Shown in pieces: positions 8,013 through 15,991 of a stretch of DNA of 15,991 nt. Below the pieces are notes generated by a model. The model made no database searches. It was not told where the DNA came from and saw only the letters and a program-made list of their open reading frames with translations. Position 1 is the stretch's first letter. Every line of letters starts with the position of its first letter. Made by a program: the position numbers and the translations under genes. The stretch spans positions 1 to 15,991 of the forward strand of contig CAVXVG010000017.1 in assembly GCA_963765145.1 (NCBI GenBank), read 5' to 3'. Source of the stretch: Parachlamydiales bacterium (GTDB lineage Bacteria; Chlamydiota; Chlamydiia; Chlamydiales; JAJFMK01).

Positions 8013-9294
8013 CCTCCACCAGTGATAGCTTCGTATTCGGAAAGAGGGCGAAGCAGTTCGGCGGGTTTCTCTGGAACATCACAAATTGGAGTTTTCCTAT
8101 GCCAATTCGCTCCAACAATCCCTTTTAAATGTTCGGGATTTATCGAGCGCTGCCTCTCTCCAATGCATTCGGGATGGCGAGCTATTTCCTCAGCATTATA
8201 AAAAATTCTAACCTCCGTGCCGCTTATCTGTACGGTGACTTCTGCTTTGATTAGATGCCAAGGCACACTATAAAAATTTGTATCCAGCTCAATGCAGGCG
8301 TCGGTATCCACAGACCTTTGCACTTCCCTTCCCAGGTGAAATGGAGGCTTTCCGTTTAGTGGTTGAAGCGAACCGCTTCCTGTCTTTGGAAGCGGTCTAT
8401 GGGTTTTTCACCTGTTGTTCCGTGCATCCTTTGATCTGAGATCTCCCTCATCCACCAAGCGATGTGTTCTCCAAGAGCTTCCCAACTCGAGAATTCCCTT
8501 CCAGCAATTGCATTATACTTAAAATATTTGACTGTGTTTTCATCTTTTCCTTTCGTTCTGGCTCTATAAGGAGCGCAGGCCTTTGGCTGAAATTTCCAGT
8601 AGTTTGCAAATGTATGCAAGCGTTCATTGAACACCACCTCTCGTGTCAATGGATTATGGCTGATAACAAGAGGCCTTGGATTGTCTAATAGTACTTCTTG
8701 CGTAATTCCGCCAAAATGATGGAAAGCTCCTTCAAGGCCCTCAAACCAAGCGGATTGACGTTCATGGATAAATGCACGAATGTATTGACGGCGCGAAAAT
8801 CCCAGAACTGCTGCAAAGAAATAAATTCTTCTTGGATCTCCGGCTATTTTGATGATTATTGAACCAAAATCAATTTGCATCTGTTTGCCCGGTGGAGTCT
8901 CAAATCGAACTGTTGCTTTTGCTAAAGCGAACGCTCTTTGCCTGAATGGTTTCACAGCCCTCTCAATGGTACGTAGATTGGCTTGTATATTGTGTTGACG
9001 CACCAATTCTTGACGAATAACTTCGGCATTTCCTTTATGGAGGTTGAACATTTCTTCGAGCCAGATATCTAACGCTTCTAATTTCTTCATTCTTTTAGGG
9101 ATGTTATAGGGGAGCCATTTCCCTTGCCGTCGATAGTGTTTAACGGTGTTGGGACTAATTCCAAGCTCCTTAGCTATTCGTCTTTTCCCCCACCCTTCCG
9201 ACGATAACTTTAAAATCTTGTCTACTATGTCTGGTGATTCCATTGGTTGTCTGCTGTCTCCTGTTAAAACAGCAGAGATTTTATCGGTTTTCAT
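8003..9294 (-). CDS. istA: IS21 transposase IstA, frameshifted at about 8370
   Basis: N-terminal HTH, RFETPPGKQMQIDFG, LLDN, PYRARTKGKDE and HGTTGEKP motifs. The C-terminal beta-barrel part (NFYSVPW...RPLSEYE) is in a second frame. RBS GAGGG before ATG 9294. Confidence 0.93.
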
Positions 9295-9373
9295 GCTTAC
9301 CCTCACTCCAAGTGTAGGGGGGTGGGTCAATTCTCAATGTCGTAAAGGGGTCAGTTTACGCTGTCGCCTGACA

Positions 9374-10586
9374 GGGGTTGGAGAAAAGACCGAGAATCTA
9401 ATGAAGAGGGAATCACTCTGGCAGCTTTAATGATGTTTGGAAAATATCATTCAATTACAGATATGGGTGCAGCACCTTCCTATTTTGTTGATTATCGCGA
9501 AAGGCTTGACCCTAACGTCCGTTGGAGCCATAGAATTTATCCTGATGGAACTTGGGAAGCCAATCTCTTTCAGTTTTATCAAAGAATTTGGCCTCATCTT
9601 TCAGCAGATCTTAAAGTCCCATTTTTCCTTGATGGTATTCAGCGAGTTGATGATACGCCTGTACATAAGGCGCTACGCGAGGCTTTCGTTAATACCTTGA
9701 TTCACTCAGACTATTCCTCTAGTGGGGGCATTATTATTGAACGCTACAAAGATCGTTTCATTCTTGATAATCCAGGAACTCTGCTCGTTTCTTTAGAGCA
9801 GTTGCGCCGAGGAGGGATTAGTGAATGTCGGAATAGGGCACTTCAGAATATGTTCATGATGATTGGCGGGGGAGAAAAAGCTGGCTCAGGTATTCACCAA
9901 ATTCAAAATGAGTGGAAAACTCAGCATTGGCGCGCTCCTGCCTTTCAGTGTTAATGAACAACCCAATCGTGTTAGGCTTGTTCTTCCAATGGTTAGTTTA
10001 ATTCCTGAAGTGACTCTAGCTTCTTTAGAACAACAATTTGGATCAGACTTTAGAAATTTAAAGCATTTAGAAGTTGTGGCACTTGCTACCGCAGATATTG
10101 AAGGGGATGTTTCAAATACGCGATTGCAAGAGCTCCAAACAGAACATCCAACAGAAATTACGCAGGTTTTGCAGCGTCTTTGCTCAAGGGGCATGCTTGT
10201 TTCAGACAACCGTCGTAGATGGTCAAGCTATAGAATATCTAGCTCCCCACATTTGGACTACTCCTAGCTCCCCACATTTGGACCCTAGCTCCCCACATTT
10301 GGAGCTTAATTCTGTGGATTTAGAGAAGCAAAGTCTTAAAGATTTAGCTAAATCGATTGCTTGTTCAAAAAGATCTGGAAAACAAGCCGTGCGTGATATT
10401 ATTCTTCAGCTCTGTCGAGTAAGGCCACTCAGTTTAGACGATCTTGCACAATTATTAAATAGAAGTCCCAAAAGTATTCAAAACCACTATTTAACCCAAC
10501 TAGTTTATGAAGGGGTTTTAGAGTTGCGGCATCCTGAAACACCTAGCCACCCCGCCCAGGCATATCTAAGCAAAGACAGATTTTAG
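9374..10586 (+). pseudogene. ATP-binding (HATPase_c_4/RecG-C-like) protein with C-terminal HTH, 5'-truncated by IS21, two frameshifts
   Basis: It begins at the IS end with GWRKDRESNEEGITLAALMMFG. Further motifs: ALREAFVNTLIHSDY, RNRALQNMF, EKAGSG and terminal PETPSHPAQAY. Frameshifts at about 9945 and 10260. The N-terminal AlbA/Schlafen domain usual in this architecture is absent. Confidence 0.78.
10239..10304 (+). repeat. Three tandem copies of CTAGCTCCCCACATTTGGA (SSPHL-coding repeat)
   Basis: Copies start at 10239, 10264 and 10285, giving periods of 25 and 21 bp. Confidence 0.92.
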
Positions 10587-10597
10587 GAGAAGGTGAA

Positions 10598-10780
10598 GTG
10601 GAATACCTTGAAATGTTAAATAATCTCGCAAGCTGCCTTTCCCCGCAGAATCAGATGGAAAGCTTGCTGGTTGAAAAAATCGCTTTGCTGATACGACAAT
10701 TGACATGGAACCATTTCATTGCCCTCATTTCGACCAAAGATGCCTTGAAACGTCAGGACGCTGTGGAAGCAGATCCTTAG
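10598..10780 (+). pseudogene. Short chimeric remnant, second half resembling a DUF1016 fragment
   Basis: LIRQLTWNHFIALISTKDALKR resembles the YhcG 'QLSWxH...' segment. The equivalent in the upstream copy is SIPWGHNALILEKIKD. Confidence 0.4.
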
Positions 10781-10841
10781 TGCTTCTCTATTAGAAGTTT
10801 AAGTTATTGATATTGAATATGTTAGTAAATTTGTTTCAGAT

Positions 10842-10863
10842 TAGTACTAGTTTGTGGTACTAT
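10842..10863 (+). promoter_or_regulatory. Probable hicAB promoter/operator
   Basis: Inverted repeat TAGTAC-N9-GTACTA overlaps an extended -10 (TGgTACTAT, 10855-10863), about 22 bp upstream of hicA. Confidence 0.55.
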
Positions 10864-10885
10864 ATAAATAGATAAGGATTGAGAA

Positions 10886-11194
10886 ATGAGCAAAAAGCAT
10901 CAGCAGACCCTCGAATCGATTTATAAAATTCCAACTCAATCAAATGTGGCATGGAAAGATTGTGAAAAATTACTCATATCCCTAGGGGCCGAGGTGTCCG
11001 AGGGGGCAGGATCGCGGGTTCGCTTTGTTCTCAATGGAGTTAAAGCAAACTTTCACCGTCCTCATCCACAAAAAGAAACGGATAAGGGAGCCTTGGTTTC
11101 TTTGAGAAAGTTTTTAGAAAACGCGGGTATAACACCCAGGAGAAGAAGAAAAAATGATGAAGCACAAAGGATATATTGGTCATGTCGAATATGA
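10886..11194 (+). CDS. hicA: HicA-family toxin
   Basis: VAWKDCEKLLISLGA, EGAGSRV and FHRPHP motifs, directly upstream of hicB. The C-terminal extension overlapping hicB may be an indel artefact. Confidence 0.92.
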   Translation: MSKKHQQTLESIYKIPTQSNVAWKDCEKLLISLGAEVSEGAGSRVRFVLNGVKANFHRPHPQKETDKGALVSLRKFLENAGITPRRRRKNDEAQRIYWSCRI

Positions 11195-11477
11195 CGATGA
11201 AGCCAAGATTTTCCATGGTGAAGTTGTCGGTCTTAGAGACATCATCACTTTTCAAGGGAAAAGCGTTGAGGAACTGGAAAAGGCATTCAAAGACTCCATC
11301 GATGATTACCTCACTTGGTGCAAAGAAAGGGGGGAAAGGCCTGAGAAAACATTTTCAGGGACTTTTAACCTCAGAATTCCTCCCGAACTTCATGCTAAAC
11401 TTGCTTTTCAGGCAAAAACAATGGACATGAGTCTGAACACCTACGTGACCGAAAAACTTCGCATCCTCGCCGAATAA
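11154..11477 (+). CDS. hicB: HicB-family antitoxin
   Basis: MKHKGYIG, DIITFQG, SIDDYL, and the C-terminal RHH FSGTFNLRIPPELH...SLN. Confidence 0.95.
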   Translation: MMKHKGYIGHVEYDDEAKIFHGEVVGLRDIITFQGKSVEELEKAFKDSIDDYLTWCKERGERPEKTFSGTFNLRIPPELHAKLAFQAKTMDMSLNTYVTEKLRILAE

Positions 11478-11560
11478 ACTTCTCTAAAGGCAGGTGACCT
11501 TCTCCCATTCCTCAGTCCAGTATTAGTTATAGGTTCCCGGGGTGAGTAGAATCACACCCT

Positions 11561-11624
11561 ATTATGGCGCGATTCCGCAAATCACGCCATAAATGTGGCG
11601 CGATTTTGGGAATCGCGCCATAAT
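11561..11624. promoter_or_regulatory. Double palindrome, probable operator of the Fic gene
   Basis: TTATGGCGCGATT-N5-AATCACGCCATAA and TGGCGCGATT-N5-AATCGCGCCA are 31 bp apart. The outer arms form a perfect 16-bp IR. Confidence 0.65.
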
Positions 11625-11643
11625 GGGAGAAAAGGGTGAGGGG

Positions 11644-13021
11644 ATGATGGTTAAGCGGGTTCCTTGGGATATTTTGTTAGAGATTATTGAGAGATTTCCG
11701 CAAGGATCTAGCCTTGAGGAGGTTATGCTTGCTATGGACCCCAAGATCTCACGCCGCACCCTCCAAAGATGGCTTGCACTGCTTGTAAAGAATAACCAGC
11801 TGCTCGCGATTGGATCGGCCCGGGCTAGGCGTTACAAGGCTTTCCCCATTTTTGAGGAAGAAGGGGGGGATTCTCTTCAGAGCCTCTCTTTTCCGGTGAC
11901 TCGAAGAGGGGGCATTGATTCAGGAAAAGGTGGCTAGACCAATGCATGCCAGACATCCTGTGACTTATAACAGGCAGTTTTTGGAGGATTACAAGCCCAA
12001 TCATACCTATTACCTCCCAGAAGAGCTTCGAAGAAGGTTACTCCTACTCGGTGGTACAGGGGAGGGAAGATATCCTGCAGGGACCTATGCGCGAGAAATT
12101 TTTCACCGTTTATTGATCGATCTTTCCTGGAATTCTAGCAGGCTTGAAGGGAATACCTATTCCCTTTTAGAAACGGAGCGATTGCTTGAGCGGGGAAAAG
12201 TCGCAGATGGTAAAGGTCTTAAAGAGACCCAGATGATCCTAAATCATAAAGCGGCCATTGAGTTTTTAATCCATTCTGCAGGAGATATCGGAGTAAATCG
12301 CTTTACGATTTTGAACCTTCATACTTTTTTATCGGATAATTTAATGCCCGATCCAGCAGCGTCTGGCCGTTTGCGGACATTCTCTGTAGGGATCTCCCAT
12401 TCCACCTATTTGCCGATTGCGATTCCTCAGGTGATTCAAGAGTGTTTTGATTTGTTGATCACAAAAGCGAGTCACATTAAAGATCCCTTCGAACAGGCTT
12501 TTTTCTTGATGGTCCACATTCCTTATTTGCAGGCTTTTGATGATGTGAATAAAAGAACTTCTCGCCTTGCAGCGAATATCCCACTCATTCAAAAGAATCT
12601 GTGTCCTCTGTCATTTATCGACCTCCCAGAACAGATCTACATCAATGGTCTGCTCGGAGTCTATGAGTTAAACCGAGTGGAGCTATTACGGGATGTATTC
12701 GCCTGGGCTTATGAGCGGTCGTGTCATTTGTATTCCAGAACCACAAAGGCATTGGGCGAGCCCGATCCCTTTCGGATGAAATACCGGAATGCCATTGGTC
12801 AGGTCGTTGGAGAAGTTGTTCGCCTTAAGATGAGCAAGAATAAAGCAGTTCAAGGGATTCGGCAGGAATCTTTAAAGCGAATTCCCCTGCAGGATCAACC
12901 TCGTTTTATTGAGATAGTGGAGAGGGAGCTTTTGAGTTTGCACGAGGGGAACATCGCTCGATACCAACTGAGTTTAAAAGAATTCGAGCAGTGGAAAAAG
13001 CTATGGGAAACAGAGAGTTAG
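11644..13021 (+). CDS. Fic-domain protein with N-terminal HTH, frameshifted at about 11901
   Basis: HTH-like ISRRTLQRWLALLV...GSARARRY, inhibitory motif SSRLEGN and Fic motif variant LQAFDDVNKRTSR. RBS GAGGGG before ATG 11644. Confidence 0.9.
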
Positions 13022-13024
13022 AAA

Positions 13025-13434
13025 ATGGTTATGAAGAGGTTGCGCTGCGGGATTTTGTTGTTACTGCTATTTTTTTCTGTGGATCTTTGCTGTGGGGAAA
13101 AGAAGCATAAAAAAGGAGCGCAGAAGATCGTCGACTGCTTTTTGTTTTTTAATGAACTCGAGCTATTAACAGTGAGGCTCGAAGAGCTTTATGACCATGT
13201 CGATTATTTTGTCTTGGTGGAAGCGGCAGAAACGTTTCGAGGGAATCCCAAACCTTATATTTTTGAAGAAAATAAAGCGCGATTTCAGAAGTATCTGTCC
13301 AAAATTATTCATGTCAAGGTAGAGGATAGAAAACCCCATTATGGGGTGTGGGAAAGAGAAGGATTTCATCGCAATTGTATCAGAAGGGGGCTCGCTTTTT
13401 GTAAGAAAAACGACATCATTTTAATGTCCGATTT
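13025..13434 (+). pseudogene. Glycosyltransferase family 17 protein with signal peptide, truncated at the DxD motif
   Basis: DCFLFFNELELLTVRLEELYDHVDYFVLVEA.ETFRGNPKP...WEREGFHRN...DIILMSD, after which the similarity stops where the expected DE would follow. Confidence 0.85.
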
Positions 13435-13648
13435 CGGGCAATTTATGTACATATTGATCCCTCCCTTTAATTGCAGGAAGCTCCATTTTTTGCCTAAATA
13501 ACGCATCTAAGTCATAAACCGGGAAGTTTAACACCTCAGGAGAGACACCCGGCCGGTCCTCCAGAAATATTTGGAGCGGCGTTTTGCCCTTTTTAGAGAA
13601 GTTGGGTCTGGAAAAGTTGTAAAAGTCTCTGGTAGACCTGGGCCTTTC
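13421..13648 (-). mobile_element. 3' end of an IS481-like transposase element, interrupted by IS66
   Basis: The minus strand reads KAQVYQ/DFYNFSRPNFSKKGKTPLQIFLEDRPGVSPEVLNFPVYDLDALF...GRDQYVHKLP. This carries the YN..RP....G.TP signature of rve transposase C-termini. The element end is near 13435. Confidence 0.65.
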
Positions 13649-13678
13649 GTAAGCGTCTAATCTAGCCAGGTTGACAAA

Positions 13679-15232
13679 TTAAGGATCAACGGATTTTTGT
13701 TTTTGAGATTTTCTTCTCGCTTCAAGCCACCTGTCTGGTAAGAGCTCTTCGAGCTTACTGGCGCTATGCCCCATGAGTCTTCTGAAAATATCCTCGAGAT
13801 ATTCTCTTGGGTTTATGTCCAAGCCTCGACAAGTTTGCACAAATGAAAGAAGAATCGCTCCCGCCTCGCCACCATCTTCACTGCCGAAAAAGAGCCAATT
13901 TTTTCTGCCGATGGCCAAAGGACGCACTGCTCTTTCTGCAACATTGTTGTCTAATCTAGCAAATGGGTGTTCCGTGTAATTCTTCAAATAGGGAATCAAC
14001 CCACAAAAATAGCCCAATGCTTCGCGTAATTTGGATTTGGGGAGGATTCTGCCATCTAAAAGTTTACCTTTAATTTTTGCGATTAATTCCTCAATGATCG
14101 GGATCTCTTTTTCTTTCCGAATTCTTAGGCGTTCTTCAGCAGATCTGCGCCAAGCCACTTTTTCCAGCATGAAGAGGTATCGGATCTTTCGCAGTACAAA
14201 GGTACGCAGGGCGGGGTCTCCCGCTTCCGCTTCAAAAAACTTTCTTCTGATGTGAGCCCAACAGGGAAACCAGGTGATCCTTTTTTGCTCTGCCAGTTTT
14301 TGATAAGCAGCATACTTGTCGGAGTGCAGCCCTCCTTGATACCCCTGTAAAATATCTAGAACATTATCGTGCTTGCGATTAGGCCTAAAATCATAGACTC
14401 GATAGGGGGGATCGGAACACTCTCCTCCAACAACAACCCACATATAAGCTGTCTGACAAACATGCTTATCTTGAAGTTTTACTGGAGTTTCATCGATAAA
14501 GATGTTTTTGCTTTTGAGAATCGAGCGGACCATCACTTCATATAGAGGCTTGAGAGCCATGCCACAGCGGATTACCCACTGAGATAAAAGCTTCCGACTG
14601 ATCTTGACCCCTTCCAGTTCCATCTTTTCTGCAATCCGATATAGGGGCATGTGGCTCGCAAACTTCTCCGTAATGATATGGGCTAGGAAACTGTCATCTG
14701 CTTGGCACTTGGGAAGAAGAGTATCTGGCAGCAGCGCTATCTGGATTCCTGCTTCAGGTTTTTCAGGATGAGCATATTTGAGGCGGATAATCTCCTTAAT
14801 ATAATAGCTCCCTGGCTCATGGGCTAATTTATGAGTCACTTCTTCCCCGATCTTAACAAGGGGTTTTCCTGTTTCTTGGCAGATCTTTTCTTCTTCTGGA
14901 AGATCGATGACGGTTCTTTCTACCGGCATATCAGGATCCAGGGCAATCTTGTCTTTTCCATCCCGGTTGGGTTTCCTCCGTTTATGAGGAGGGACCTCTT
15001 GGGTTTCTTCTTCTGTCTTTGCCTGGAGATTTTCAAAACCCTCTAAGAAGAGTTGCTTTTCATCGCAGTTTGAAACAAGCCGTTCCGATTTTTTTCCGAA
15101 TAGTTGACGCTTAAACCATTCGAGTTGCCCGTTGAGATAAGTCACGGTGTTTTTCAAACCAACAACTTCGGTCTCCAAGATCTCGTTTCTGTTTTTAAGC
15201 TCTTCTGCATCTAGAATTTGCGTTGTAATCAT
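13679..15232 (-). CDS. tnpC: IS66 transposase TnpC
   Basis: LFGKKSE, HMPLYR, IDETPV, HSDKYAAY, CWAHIRRKF, LDNNVAERAVR, GRKNWLF and LEELLP motifs. Confidence 0.97.
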   Translation of the reverse strand: MITTQILDAEELKNRNEILETEVVGLKNTVTYLNGQLEWFKRQLFGKKSERLVSNCDEKQLFLEGFENLQAKTEEETQEVPPHKRRKPNRDGKDKIALDPDMPVERTVIDLPEEEKICQETGKPLVKIGEEVTHKLAHEPGSYYIKEIIRLKYAHPEKPEAGIQIALLPDTLLPKCQADDSFLAHIITEKFASHMPLYRIAEKMELEGVKISRKLLSQWVIRCGMALKPLYEVMVRSILKSKNIFIDETPVKLQDKHVCQTAYMWVVVGGECSDPPYRVYDFRPNRKHDNVLDILQGYQGGLHSDKYAAYQKLAEQKRITWFPCWAHIRRKFFEAEAGDPALRTFVLRKIRYLFMLEKVAWRRSAEERLRIRKEKEIPIIEELIAKIKGKLLDGRILPKSKLREALGYFCGLIPYLKNYTEHPFARLDNNVAERAVRPLAIGRKNWLFFGSEDGGEAGAILLSFVQTCRGLDINPREYLEDIFRRLMGHSASKLEELLPDRWLEARRKSQKQKSVDP

Positions 15233-15297
15233 GAGTAAAATTGTACCAAAAAGGAGCGTAAAAAAGAAGAAAAAACGCTCTAGTTTTCAGATGTTTT

Positions 15298-15627
15298 TCA
15301 TAGGGAAAATCGAGGCTGCAACCGCTTTGGAGTCACTCCTTCAAGTAACATCAGAAACTCTCTTCGAGTCACTGCCGGCTGGGCTTGATCCTTTTTAGAA
15401 AAACTTCCCTTTTCCAGGCGTTTACACCAAATTGCCAATCCGTCTGTGTCCCAGTAAAGCACCTTCATGTGGTCCCTATTTTTATTGAGGAAAATAAAAA
15501 ATGCTCCCGTTAGCAGCTCTCCTGGAAACAGCTGCTCTGTTAGGGCACTTAGTCCTTCAAAGCTTTTCCTCATACTTACTGGATATTGGCATAAGAATAA
15601 GCGGGGGTTTCCGGGGAGTGTTAGCAT
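15298..15627 (-). CDS. tnpB: IS66 accessory protein TnpB
   Basis: MRKSFEGL, FIFLNK, KVLYWDTDG and KRLEKGSF motifs. Confidence 0.95.
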   Translation of the reverse strand: MLTLPGNPRLFLCQYPVSMRKSFEGLSALTEQLFPGELLTGAFFIFLNKNRDHMKVLYWDTDGLAIWCKRLEKGSFSKKDQAQPAVTRREFLMLLEGVTPKRLQPRFSL

Positions 15628-15926
15628 GATGCCCTCTCAATAAAATGAAGACACTTGTCTAAGATTTGAAGAGCTATTCTGGCATCAGCATGAATTTTGC
15701 ATCCACGCCATTCAATGAGGATTTTTTCTTTGACAGGATCCTCTTTTAACTCTGTAAAATCATGCCGAGTAATTTTAGAGGCCTTTTTAGGAGCGTCCCT
15801 TTGCACCCAATAAATCAAAGTGTTCTTGTGAATTTGGTTCTCTCGGCACCATGCTGTCATTGATTTACCGCTTGTTTGCCACTCTTTTACTAATGCTCCC
15901 CATTCTTCACGCGTTCTTCTAGTCAT
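15621..15926 (-). CDS. tnpA: IS66 accessory protein TnpA (HTH)
   Basis: WQTSGKSMTAWCRENQI...YW motif, position upstream of tnpB, and RBS GGAGG. Confidence 0.88.
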   Translation of the reverse strand: MTRRTREEWGALVKEWQTSGKSMTAWCRENQIHKNTLIYWVQRDAPKKASKITRHDFTELKEDPVKEKILIEWRGCKIHADARIALQILDKCLHFIERASC

Positions 15927-15991
15927 AAAAGACCTCCATTGGTTTTTTTAATGGAGCAACATTAGCAGGTGTGAGGAAAGGCAAAAAGATG

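Larger units (their letters stand above)
6595..9373 (-). mobile_element. IS21-family insertion sequence, 2779 bp
   Basis: Terminal IRs of about 55 bp: TGTCAAGCGACATCAGAAATTGACCCCTTTACGACATTGAGAATTGACCCACCCC versus TGTCAGGCGACAGCGTAAACTGACCCCTTTACGACATTGAGAATTGACCCACCCC. Each has two internal repeats 24 bp apart. Contains istA and istB. No target duplication. Confidence 0.96.
13649..15991 (-). mobile_element. IS66-family insertion sequence, left end just outside the window
   Basis: Characteristic GTAAGCG terminus at 13649 and a tnpA-tnpB-tnpC layout. Confidence 0.93.

Noticed and set aside
9295..9330. TTG start of istA at 9330
   Set aside because: It lies within the terminal repeat. ATG 9294 has an RBS.
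10239..10304. CRISPR-like direct repeats
   Set aside because: The intervals between repeats are only 1-5 bp, the repeats lie in a coding linker, and no cas genes are present.
13430..13470. Minus-strand AGGGAGG + ATG reading MYINCPK as a zinc-ribbon gene start
   Set aside because: The overlapping frame gives a longer transposase-like C-terminus that explains the segment better.
358..15398. Numerous 60-120 aa ORFs antisense or out of frame to the genes called above
   Set aside because: They are shadow ORFs overlapping well-supported genes and have no motifs of their own.
15298..15627. TnpB as an RNA-guided nuclease
   Set aside because: This is the 109-aa IS66 accessory TnpB, unrelated to the IS200/605 RuvC TnpB.

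Overview
This window is an accessory or mobile region, about 42% GC by eye. Its gene content is compatible with an environmental Chlamydiae-like genome, but that is an impression, not established. It starts inside a tyrosine integrase and carries four insertion sequences: a complete IS3-family element (1064-2525), a complete IS21-family element (6595-9373), an IS481-like 3' remnant (about 13421-13648) and an IS66 element nested into that remnant (13649 to beyond the window end). Between them lie a minus-strand gene run (PLP aminotransferase fragment, AlaX editing protein, HEPN-like protein, LysE exporter, YhcG/DUF1016, truncated alpha/beta hydrolase) and a plus-strand run (5'-truncated ATP-binding/HTH protein, HicAB toxin-antitoxin, Fic protein with a palindromic operator, truncated GT17 glycosyltransferase). 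Many genes are broken by small indels with no obvious nonsense substitutions, which suggests assembly error at least as much as real decay. The most unusual feature is the roughly 570-bp non-transposase arm of the IS21 (6650-7223). It holds two back-to-back hairpins of about 93 nt with related loops, bracketed by two copies of a twin-hairpin/T-run unit, and the wobble pairs favour the strand antisense to istAB. This is a candidate IS21-encoded structured RNA (or ssDNA) element.
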